Origin: Nitratidesulfovibrio vulgaris str. Hildenborough
GTDB taxonomy: Bacteria; Desulfobacterota; Desulfovibrionia; Desulfovibrionales; Desulfovibrionaceae
Direction of reading: 5' to 3'
Length of the DNA stretch: 32,000 bases
Assembly: GCF_000195755.1 (NCBI RefSeq)
Contig: NC_002937.3
Span: 420,001 to 452,000, forward strand
In this document: positions 8,780 to 16,204 of the stretch, in pieces
How positions within the stretch are numbered: the stretch's first letter is position 1
Layout of the letters: the number at the start of each line of letters is the position of its first letter
Translations under genes and position numbers: made by a program
The notes under the pieces: generated by a model
What the model was told of the DNA's origin: nothing
The model's input: the letters and a program-made list of their open reading frames with translations, nothing else
The model's database searches: none

Positions 8780-9457
8780 TCAATGGTTGGCGAGAGCGGC
8801 CAGCGCCTCTATGTTCAGCACCTGCAACCTGTTTTCGTTCAGCAGCTTGATCAGCCGCATCTTCTCCATGGTCTTCAGTGCCCTGTAGAGGGTGGCCCTG
8901 TGTACGCCAAGGATGCTCGCCACATCCTTCATGCGCAGTGTCCCGAGTGTCATGAGGTCTGCATCAGCAAGGTTCATCAGGTTGTAGCGGAGCAGTATGA
9001 ACTTCGCTATGCGCTGTTCGAGTGTGTCGAGACCTAGCGATGCGATCTGGTTGCTCAGTACACTGACCTTCATGGATAGCGTACGGATGATGTCCTTTGC
9101 GATGCACGGGTACATCTCGAGTATGTCGTCGACCACCTCTTTCGAAAAACAGTATACGACGGCATCACGATGGCAATTGAAAGAGCTGTGGATCTCGTCA
9201 CCCGTGAAGAATGGCACCTCGCAGAAGAGTGAACTCCGTTCGATGTGCATGAGGATCTTCTCGTTACCGTCCAGTGTCGTACGTTTCATACATACAGACC
9301 CTGATTCAAGGTAACGGAGCTGGGTCACGAGCTCCCCCGCACTGACGATCTGTTCACCTTTCTTGAACTCTCGTCTGGTCCCACGGTGAAGCACCTTGGA
9401 CCATGCCGTGCTGTCCACGTTGATGCACCAGAATTCATCGACAAGATGTCTCTGCAT
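8780..9457 (-). CDS. Crp/FNR-family transcriptional regulator
   Basis: The ORF track starts at a GTG at 9574, which overlaps the sulfatase gene. I place the start at the ATG at 9457 (MQRHLVDEF...), with GAGG 5 nt upstream. It has a cNMP-binding-like beta-roll and a C-terminal HTH (MKDVASILGVHRATLYRALKTME). There is no FNR-type N-terminal Cys cluster. Confidence 0.82.
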   Translation of the reverse strand: MQRHLVDEFWCINVDSTAWSKVLHRGTRREFKKGEQIVSAGELVTQLRYLESGSVCMKRTTLDGNEKILMHIERSSLFCEVPFFTGDEIHSSFNCHRDAVVYCFSKEVVDDILEMYPCIAKDIIRTLSMKVSVLSNQIASLGLDTLEQRIAKFILLRYNLMNLADADLMTLGTLRMKDVASILGVHRATLYRALKTMEKMRLIKLLNENRLQVLNIEALAALANH

Positions 9458-9500
9458 GGCAGACCTCGTTGATGCGGGGGAGCTATAGTGTTCTTGTCGC

Positions 9501-11063
9501 CTACGACGTGCGCAGCTCGCCGATGAAGAGCTTGAGCTTCTGCAGAAGCTCCTTGGCCTTTTCCGGCTGCTCACCGATGAGGTTCTTCAGCTGGAACTGG
9601 TCGTTCCGCCTGTCGTACAGCTCGTCGGTGTGGGGGACGGATACTTCGGCCCCCGGCACGCAGGTCCACATCTCTTCCTTCATCTCCAGCTTGGCAGACT
9701 GGGCACCGGCGTTGCCGCCCTTGCCGGAGCCGTCGTAGAAGACCTTGTTCATGGAATCCGTGTCGATCTCCCTCTGCAGCCAGTGGATGTAGCTGTAGTC
9801 GTGATCGATGATGGACCATGACATGCCGTAATAGCCCGCGATGGCGAAATCGCGCACCTTGTCGGTCTCGCCGCGCATGACGGGCAACAGGCTGATACCG
9901 TGCATGTCGTCGCCTGCATAGGTGGTGATGCCTTCGTGTCCGGCCTCGGCAAGGGCTTCGAGCCCCATGCCCAGACCATCGACCACCGTGGCGGTGATGT
10001 CCACGTTCTGTACGAACGACGATATGCGCTTGCCACCCTCAAGGCCGGGGACCCGGATGAGCAGGGGCACGTGCACCAGTTCTTCGTAGGGCCACGGACG
10101 GCATTTGCGCATCAGTCCATGACCGTGTTCGCCGCTGCCCATGGGCTGTCCGTGGTCGGAGGTGATGACGATCATGGTGTCGTCCCACAGCCCCTGCGCC
10201 TTGAGCGAGTCGAACAGTTTGCCGAGCCATTTGTCGACGAGGGTCACCTTCTCCGCGTAGAGGGCGCGGATGTGTGCGCATTCCTCTTCGGTCATGACAC
10301 CGTCGATTTCGGTCCACGGGGCGAGCAGCAGCGGGTTGCCCGTGTAGTCGGGGTCGTAGGGGCAGGGCTTCTTCTCCCACATTGACGGCGGGTCCCAGGG
10401 CTCATGCGGGTCGAACGAGTCGAGCCACAGGAAGAAGGGGCGCTGCGGGTTGCGCTTCATCTTCAGCCAGTTGTCGGCCTCGGAGATGACCACGGAGGCG
10501 TAGTTGTCCGCATCGGAAGCCCAGAACTGGCGCTGGCGCAGGTAGCATTCCGTCTCGCGGATGAGCGACTTGCTCGACGAATCGTATTCGCCGTTCTCAT
10601 CCTTCTTCAGCCAGTTGGGCGAAAGGTAGTCCTCGGCCTTGAACTCTTCGTCAAGCGGCACGTTGCAGAAGGTCTCGTGGTCCAGTTCGTGACCGTTGCA
10701 GAAACGTACGTAGTCGAACCCGCGAGAGTAGCCGTACTTGGGAAGGCGCATGGGGGGGGTGTCATACACCAGCGCTGTCTGCACCTCACGGCACCAGAGC
10801 ATGTCCGTGATGGAGGTGTCTTCGGTGGTCAGCGGACGCCAGCCGCTGTAGGGCAGCGTGAAACGGCCGGTCATGATGGCGCGCCGCACGGGGATGGTGG
10901 GCAGCCCTTCGCTGTAGGCGTTCTCGAACAGGAAGCCGTTTTGGGCGAACTTGTCGAGGTTCGGCGTCTTCACCACATCGTTGCCGTAGCAGCCAAGATA
11001 GTTGAACTGCAACGTGTCGAGCATGATGAAGATGACGTTCTTGATGTTGTCTTTCTTTGACAT
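9501..11063 (-). CDS. Sulfatase-family (alkaline-phosphatase superfamily) hydrolase, cytoplasmic, with Thr at the formylglycine position
   Basis: 520 aa. Metal-site strand NVIFIMLDT at the extreme N-terminus, so there is no signal peptide. The signature reads LPTIPVRRAIMTGR where canonical sulfatases have (C/S)xPxRxxxxTG. A later ITSDHG motif is present. AAGGAG precedes the ATG. Confidence 0.82.
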   Translation of the reverse strand: MSKKDNIKNVIFIMLDTLQFNYLGCYGNDVVKTPNLDKFAQNGFLFENAYSEGLPTIPVRRAIMTGRFTLPYSGWRPLTTEDTSITDMLWCREVQTALVYDTPPMRLPKYGYSRGFDYVRFCNGHELDHETFCNVPLDEEFKAEDYLSPNWLKKDENGEYDSSSKSLIRETECYLRQRQFWASDADNYASVVISEADNWLKMKRNPQRPFFLWLDSFDPHEPWDPPSMWEKKPCPYDPDYTGNPLLLAPWTEIDGVMTEEECAHIRALYAEKVTLVDKWLGKLFDSLKAQGLWDDTMIVITSDHGQPMGSGEHGHGLMRKCRPWPYEELVHVPLLIRVPGLEGGKRISSFVQNVDITATVVDGLGMGLEALAEAGHEGITTYAGDDMHGISLLPVMRGETDKVRDFAIAGYYGMSWSIIDHDYSYIHWLQREIDTDSMNKVFYDGSGKGGNAGAQSAKLEMKEEMWTCVPGAEVSVPHTDELYDRRNDQFQLKNLIGEQPEKAKELLQKLKLFIGELRTS

Positions 11064-11110
11064 GGTAGCTCCTTATTGCAAGGCGTGGTCGTCGTACGCC
11101 GCAGGATCGC

Positions 11111-12502
11111 CTAGGCGTTCTTGGGCGTTGTTCTCATGATGCCGATACCTGTGATGGCGCAGGCCATGGAGAAGACCGGAACAAGATAGTTGAGGAAGGC
11201 GTAAGGCATGTAGTCGGTTGCACTGACCCCGAGGACACCGAGGATGTAGAAGGCGTGCACGCTCCACGGCACCAGCGGGCAGCCGAGGGTCCCTGCGTCT
11301 TCGCACGTCCGCGAGAGCACCACCTGTTCGATGCCCGCTCTTCTGAACGATTCGCCGAAGGCGCGCCCGGGAACGACCACGGCGAGCATCTGGCTGCCTG
11401 TGCCGAACAGGATGATGTACGCCGCGGCCACGGTGGCGCCGACGAGCGACACCGCAGAGGTGGCACCGCGCAGGATGGCGTCGAGCAGCACTTCGAGCAC
11501 ACGGGCCTTTTCGAGGATGCCGCCGAAGGCCATGCCGCAGGTGAGCAGCAGGGTGGTGGCCATGATGCTCATGAGGCCGCCGCAGGAGAGGAGCTTGTTC
11601 AACTCGGGAGAAGGGGTTGCGGCTTTGTAGCCGGTCGTCAGGAACTTGGCGAGGTTGACCACCGACACGCCTTCGAACAGGGCGATTGCCAGTGCGCTGA
11701 CCACGCACACGACCATGACGGGCAGCACGGGAAGGCGCTTGTAGGCGAGCACGATCATCAGCACAGGGGGGATGAGGGCCACGGGGGAAAGCGAGAACGA
11801 GCCTTCGAGAGTGGTCAGGATGGTGTTGATGTTCCCCACGCTTTCTGCTGTGCCCGTGTGCATGGACCCGAGAATGGCGTACCCGATGATCGAGACGACC
11901 AGTGCGGGCAGCGTTGTCCAGAGCATCGAGGCGATGTGCGTGAAGAGCGGCACTTCACAGACGGCGGCGGCGATGTTCGTGGAGTCCGAGACCGGTGACA
12001 TCTTGTCGCCGAAGTATGCCCCGGAGACGATCGCCCCCACGGTCCATGCAGGGTCATAGCCCATGGCGGTACCCACGCCCAGCAGGGCGACGCCTATGGT
12101 GCCCATGGTGCCGAACGAGGTGCCAGTGGCCAGTGATGCCACGGCACAGAGTATGATGGTCGAGACGAGGAAGTGGTTGGGGGCGATGAGTTTGAGCCCC
12201 CAGTAGATGATGGTTGGAATGGTGCCCGAGGCCATCCATGCGGCGATGATCATGCCCACGAGCATGAGAATCGCCACGGCTATCTGGATGCGCCCCACGG
12301 CGGAGAGCATGCCTTCCTGCAATTCCTCCCAACTGTAGCCTATCCTGAGGCACATCGCCCCGGCAACGACCACAGCCACAAGGAGGGGCAGGACCGGAGG
12401 CCTGACCGCGACGACAACCGTTCCGTAAAGAATGATGGCTACGGGAACGATGAAAGTGAATACAGCCCACAAAAGTGATGGTTTTCTTGTGTCGGAACTC
12501 AT
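11111..12502 (-). CDS. nhaC: Na+/H+ antiporter, NhaC family
   Basis: 463-aa polytopic membrane protein whose length and sequence are typical of NhaC-type antiporters (from memory). It is the first gene of the minus-strand array. Confidence 0.8.
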   Translation of the reverse strand: MSSDTRKPSLLWAVFTFIVPVAIILYGTVVVAVRPPVLPLLVAVVVAGAMCLRIGYSWEELQEGMLSAVGRIQIAVAILMLVGMIIAAWMASGTIPTIIYWGLKLIAPNHFLVSTIILCAVASLATGTSFGTMGTIGVALLGVGTAMGYDPAWTVGAIVSGAYFGDKMSPVSDSTNIAAAVCEVPLFTHIASMLWTTLPALVVSIIGYAILGSMHTGTAESVGNINTILTTLEGSFSLSPVALIPPVLMIVLAYKRLPVLPVMVVCVVSALAIALFEGVSVVNLAKFLTTGYKAATPSPELNKLLSCGGLMSIMATTLLLTCGMAFGGILEKARVLEVLLDAILRGATSAVSLVGATVAAAYIILFGTGSQMLAVVVPGRAFGESFRRAGIEQVVLSRTCEDAGTLGCPLVPWSVHAFYILGVLGVSATDYMPYAFLNYLVPVFSMACAITGIGIMRTTPKNA

Positions 12503-12739
12503 AGAGGCCCCATTATCGATGAGTTGCAGTGACCATTTGTTGCAGCGCCTTCCGCCAGTGATGTTCCTTGTGCGGGCTTCGTCTTGTGTGGGCGACTCCG
12601 CCAGCAGCTAATCCATGTGTTCACAATACGGAAAGCGGAAATGAGTGTCGGTTGCACCCGCAACAGTCCTCATCCGCCAGCGGATTATCATGCGGCATCC
12701 AGAAGATGCATGCAGCATAACTGCCCGTCGGCATGGCTG

Positions 12740-12779
12740 TTTTTTTCACAAATGGCGGGTTGGGACGTTGTGAAAAAAA
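12740..12779. repeat. Perfect 12-bp inverted repeat TTTTTTTCACAA-N16-TTGTGAAAAAAA (candidate operator)
   Basis: The left arm is 12740-12751 and the right arm is 12768-12779, read directly. It lies in the AT-rich patch of the divergent nhaC / cytochrome-ORF control region. Confidence 0.5.
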
Positions 12780-13063
12780 AACATGAAGAACGCCTCGTGC
12801 ACATATGTCCCGCGCACGTCGGAAGTCGCAGGGAGTGGGCTTCACCGATCCCCATGGGCTGGTTGTCGCGCCCATATGTCTGAATTCATGGGGGTTGATG
12901 GAGAGGCGTCGGGGGTGGACGCCTTGTGCGTCTTTTCTCATGCGCTGCGGAGGGGCATGCGGGAAGACCGCGTGGATTCCTGAAACCCTGATGGTGCGAT
13001 TCATCTGTTGCAGCCCCGCCTGACGTGTCATGATGGACGCATATCTGCATCAGGAGGTTCATC

Positions 13064-13453
13064 ATGTCGCGTCACGCAGTTGTGTCCGCCGTCCCCGGGC
13101 GACGTCATCCGTCCCGGTGCCCCGCCATGTGCGTGGGGCGTCTCCTCTCAGGCGTTGTGCGGGAGGAGGCCTGCCATCCATTCCGGGCTGTCGTGGTGGT
13201 GCTGGGGCTTGTCCTCTTCGGGTGTGCGGGAGGGGGGCAGGACAGGGGTGAGGAAGTCACCATGCGTGCCTGCCGTGTCTGTCACGGTGCCGACCGTCTG
13301 TGCGCGGGGCTGGGCAGGCTGGACGAGAAGGGGTGGGACGAGGTCGTCGGGCGTATGGTGACCCATGGTGCCAGCCTGACCGCAGAGGAACGTAACCTTG
13401 CCGTCGGCTGGCTGGTGTCACGTAAGCCCGGCGACAAGCCGCCCTGTCCATAG
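13064..13453 (+). CDS. Putative small monohaem c-type cytochrome lipoprotein
   Basis: 129-aa ORF. AGGAGG at 13052-13057 lies 6 nt before the ATG. It has a hydrophobic stretch with a lipobox (VVVLGLVLFGC), a CXXCH motif (CRVCH, 13271-13285) and GC-rich third codon positions. An alternative start is the ATG at 13127. Confidence 0.5.
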   Translation: MSRHAVVSAVPGRRHPSRCPAMCVGRLLSGVVREEACHPFRAVVVVLGLVLFGCAGGGQDRGEEVTMRACRVCHGADRLCAGLGRLDEKGWDEVVGRMVTHGASLTAEERNLAVGWLVSRKPGDKPPCP

Positions 13454-13728
13454 TCGGGGCAAGGATTCCCCGAGTCGGGACGCTGCGCCTTCTGGCCCTG
13501 CACGATGCAGGCTTCCGGGCATGCCGCTTTGGTCTGCATTCGGTGTGCGTCGGGGAGGCTTCCCTTGCCGCGTGCGTCGCCCCCTCTCTCCTCCGCTTCT
13601 TTTGGGGGCCGGTTCCCTCCGCCAACCGGAGAGGCCTGACGGAGATATGCCCAGACAGCGTAAGCGAGGGATTCCCGCGTTGACGGTGTCTACGGAAAAC
13701 CGGCGTTGCGGCGCTTCGCATCACGCAG

Positions 13729-13761
13729 GAAGCCCGCACCATGTAGCATGGTGCGGGCTTC
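13729..13761. terminator. Perfect 15-bp hairpin between the convergent cytochrome ORF and flavoredoxin
   Basis: GAAGCCCGCACCATG (13729-13743) pairs with CATGGTGCGGGCTTC (13747-13761). It lies 50 nt downstream of the flavoredoxin stop. Only a weak T tract (TCTTCC) is present on the plus strand. Confidence 0.45.
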
Positions 13762-13811
13762 TCTTCCGGTCGCATCGTGGCGGTGGCGCACCGCCGTGGT
13801 CGGGCCTGTCG

Positions 13812-14384
13812 CTAGCGTCGCAGCGACTTGCCTGCGGAGAACGCCTTGGCGATGAAGCCGCCCACGGCGTGATAGGCGCGGGCACCGGGCGCGAAGATGA
13901 CGGGGTCGACCTTGTTGATGTCGGGCAGCCCATCGGCGTCGAGGCAACTGCTGTCGATCTTCACGTCCATGATTTCACCGATGAACTGGGTATGCAGTCC
14001 GATATCCAGCGTATGCGTGAGGCGCAGTTCGACAGCCATGGGAAATTCGGCGACGTAGGGAGCGTCCACATGTTCGCCCGCCACGGGCGTCAGCCCCAGT
14101 GCCTCGAACTTGTTCTCCTCTTCGCCGGAGAAGATGCCCGCATAGTCGGCATGGCTGGCGAAGCGGGTGGACGGCACGCATACGGTGAAGGCGCGGCGTT
14201 CCATGATGGCGTTGTATGTCCAGCGGTTCTTGCGGATGGAGACCGCGATGCTGGGGGGCTGCGAAGAGCAGATGCCGCCCCATGCCACGGTCATGATGTT
14301 GGGCTTGCCTTCGCGGTCGTAGCTGCCCACGAGGAAGATGGGGGTGGGAAAGACGAGGGGGCGCGCCCCCAGTGACTGGAACAT
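13812..14384 (-). CDS. flr: Flavoredoxin (flavin reductase-like FMN-binding protein)
   Basis: 190 aa. Flavin-reductase-like N-terminus (ARPLVFPTPIFLVGSYDREGKPNIMTVAWGG). AGGAGA lies 7 nt upstream of the ATG. Confidence 0.82.
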   Translation of the reverse strand: MFQSLGARPLVFPTPIFLVGSYDREGKPNIMTVAWGGICSSQPPSIAVSIRKNRWTYNAIMERRAFTVCVPSTRFASHADYAGIFSGEEENKFEALGLTPVAGEHVDAPYVAEFPMAVELRLTHTLDIGLHTQFIGEIMDVKIDSSCLDADGLPDINKVDPVIFAPGARAYHAVGGFIAKAFSAGKSLRR

Positions 14385-14431
14385 CGTAGACTCTCCTGAA
14401 TGATGTCATGCCCGAGTGGTGCGGGCCTTTC

Positions 14432-14446
14432 AAGTTTGGCAAACTT
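14432..14446. promoter_or_regulatory. 15-nt palindrome AAGTTTGgCAAACTT (candidate operator) between flavoredoxin and the ABC operon
   Basis: Read directly. A second copy of the core on the opposite strand (TTGCCAAA, 14480-14487) lies 34 nt downstream, in the AT-rich stretch. Confidence 0.4.
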
Positions 14447-14627
14447 CGACTGCACAAACAAGAGGCTTATGGCGATAAATTGCCAAAATTGATATATAGC
14501 AACCTTGCGCGGTGGGGCGCTTTCTGGTAGCGCAACAAAGAGTGTGCATTTCCGGTGCGTTCGGCACGGCAGCGGGTCGTGGTGCGGCCGGTGGACTCCA
14601 ACATCGAAGCCAGGAAGGAAGAGTCGC

Positions 14628-15377
14628 ATGAAGAGATCTTTCGTCTATACCGTCGTCATGGCTCTGGTGCTCGCCTTCGCCAGCGTGGCCGCAGCCGAAG
14701 AGAAGACCTACATCAACGGCATCGACGCCAACTATCCGCCCTTCGCCTACGTCGACAAGGACGGCAAGCCCGCCGGTTTCGACGTGGACTCCATGAACTG
14801 GATAGCCGCCAAGATGGGGTTCAAGGTCGTGCACAAGCCCATGGACTGGGACGGCATCGTGCCCAGCCTGCTGGCGAAGAAGATCGACATGGTGTGCTCC
14901 GGCATGTCCATCACCGACGCGCGCAAGAAGCAGATCACCTTTTCCGAGCCCTACTGGACGGTCTCGCAGGTGTTCGTGGCCAAGAAGGACAGCAAGCTCT
15001 CCGTGGATGACGTCTACAAGGGCAAGAAGAAGCTGGGCGTGCAGCGCGGCACCTCTGAAGCCGACGCCCTCCAGAAGCAGGCCCCCGAAAAGGGCTGGAA
15101 CTTCGAACTGCGCTTCTACGATTCGGCCCCGCTCGCCATCGAGGACGTGCTGAACGGACGCATCGACGCCGCAGGCATGGACATCCTGCCCGCCGAAGAC
15201 GCCGCCGCCAAGAAGCCCGTCAAGATCCTCGGCACCTTCGGTGAGCCCGAAGACTTCGGCGTGGCCACCCGCAACGAAGACACCGAACTTCGCGGCAAGA
15301 TCAACGAAGGCTACAAGCTGCTCATGGCCGACCCCTACTGGCAGCAGCTGAAGGACAAGTACCTCCAGAAGAAGTAG
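14628..15377 (+). CDS. Amino-acid ABC transporter, periplasmic substrate-binding protein (family 3)
   Basis: The ORF track starts at 14505. I prefer the ATG at 14628, which is preceded by AGGAAGGAAGAG. Signal peptide MKRSFVYTVVMALVLAFASVAAA. SBP_bac_3-like sequence (INGIDANYPPFAYVDKDGKPAGFDVD). Confidence 0.9.
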   Translation: MKRSFVYTVVMALVLAFASVAAAEEKTYINGIDANYPPFAYVDKDGKPAGFDVDSMNWIAAKMGFKVVHKPMDWDGIVPSLLAKKIDMVCSGMSITDARKKQITFSEPYWTVSQVFVAKKDSKLSVDDVYKGKKKLGVQRGTSEADALQKQAPEKGWNFELRFYDSAPLAIEDVLNGRIDAAGMDILPAEDAAAKKPVKILGTFGEPEDFGVATRNEDTELRGKINEGYKLLMADPYWQQLKDKYLQKK

Positions 15378-15405
15378 CCACAGCCCGCAGGGGCAAGGCT
15401 TTGCC

Positions 15406-15450
15406 GTCCGGAAGGCGGGGAATTCTCCTGTCGCCTTCCGGACCTTTTTT
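15406..15450 (+). terminator. Intrinsic terminator/attenuator between the ABC binding-protein gene and the permease gene
   Basis: Perfect 12-bp stem GTCCGGAAGGCG (15406-15417) / CGCCTTCCGGAC (15432-15443), followed by C then TTTTTT (15445-15450). Confidence 0.7.
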
Positions 15451-15518
15451 CGGTATGACTTCCGCTCGCGCCGTGACGCGACAGAAACAGAGGAGGGCGG
15501 GAACCACCCCGCGGGCGT

Positions 15519-16196
15519 ATGCTGGACAAACTCTTGGTCATATGGGACGCGCTTCCCTATATTCTCGAAGGCTCGGCCGTCACCATCGCCACGGTGCTGG
15601 GGTCGCTGGCCCTCGGGTTCTGTATGGGCGTACCCATGGCCGTGGCGCAGGTCTACGGCGGTCGCCCTGTGCGGTATCTCGTGGGGCTGTATGTCTGGTT
15701 CTTCCGGGGTATGCCCATTCTCGTGCTGCTCTTTCTCTTCTATTTCGGTCTGTTTCAGGCTCTCGACCTCAATCTGAGCGCGTTCACGGCCTCGTGTCTC
15801 GTGCTTGGCATGGCGAGTGCCGCCTACCAGTCGCAGATATTCCGCGGTTCGATACTCGCCTTGCCGCAAGGGCAGCTGAAGGCGGCCCGCGCACTGGGCA
15901 TGAGCGACGGTGCGGCCATCCGCAGCATCGTCCTGCCGCAGGCGTTGCGTCTTTCCATTCCGGCGTGGTCCAACGAATACTCCATCCTGCTCAAGGACTC
16001 GGCACTTGCCTTCGTGCTTGGCACCCCGGAAATCATGGCCCGCACCCACTTCGTGGCATCGCGGACGTATGAGCACCTGCCATTGTACATGACGGCGGGG
16101 GCCCTCTACTTCATCATCACGCTGGCGGGGCTGAAGGTGCTGCGCCACCTCGAACGCAAGACCCGTATCCCCGGTTACGCCGGGTACGGCATCTGA
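15519..16196 (+). CDS. Amino-acid ABC transporter permease (His/Glu/Gln/Arg family)
   Basis: 225 aa with multiple TM helices. EAA-like loop (QGQLKAARALGMSDGAAIRSIVLPQALR). Confidence 0.9.
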   Translation: MLDKLLVIWDALPYILEGSAVTIATVLGSLALGFCMGVPMAVAQVYGGRPVRYLVGLYVWFFRGMPILVLLFLFYFGLFQALDLNLSAFTASCLVLGMASAAYQSQIFRGSILALPQGQLKAARALGMSDGAAIRSIVLPQALRLSIPAWSNEYSILLKDSALAFVLGTPEIMARTHFVASRTYEHLPLYMTAGALYFIITLAGLKVLRHLERKTRIPGYAGYGI

Positions 16197-16204
16197 GGAC
16201 GAGC

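Noticed and set aside
9458-9574. The track's GTG start at 9574 for the Crp/FNR ORF, which adds 39 residues (MSSRKRPRSFCRSSSSSS...).
   Set aside because: That extension overlaps the 3' end of the sulfatase-family gene and is Ser/Arg low-complexity. The ATG at 9457 with a GAGG SD gives a normal-length Crp/FNR protein.
12551-12680. Three exact copies of TCCGCCAG (12551, 12597, 12673) in the nhaC upstream region.
   Set aside because: The same 8-mer also occurs inside a coding region (19320-19327), and near-copies occur elsewhere. In this GC-rich background the repeat is not clearly beyond chance, and the flanks show no extended similarity.
12584-13031. ORFs of 99 aa (+, 12584-12883) and 136 aa (-, 12621-13031) in the gap upstream of nhaC.
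   Set aside because: Neither has an SD. Their composition is Arg/Pro/His-rich and motif-free. They overlap each other and the AT-rich promoter-like patch. I treat the region as non-coding.
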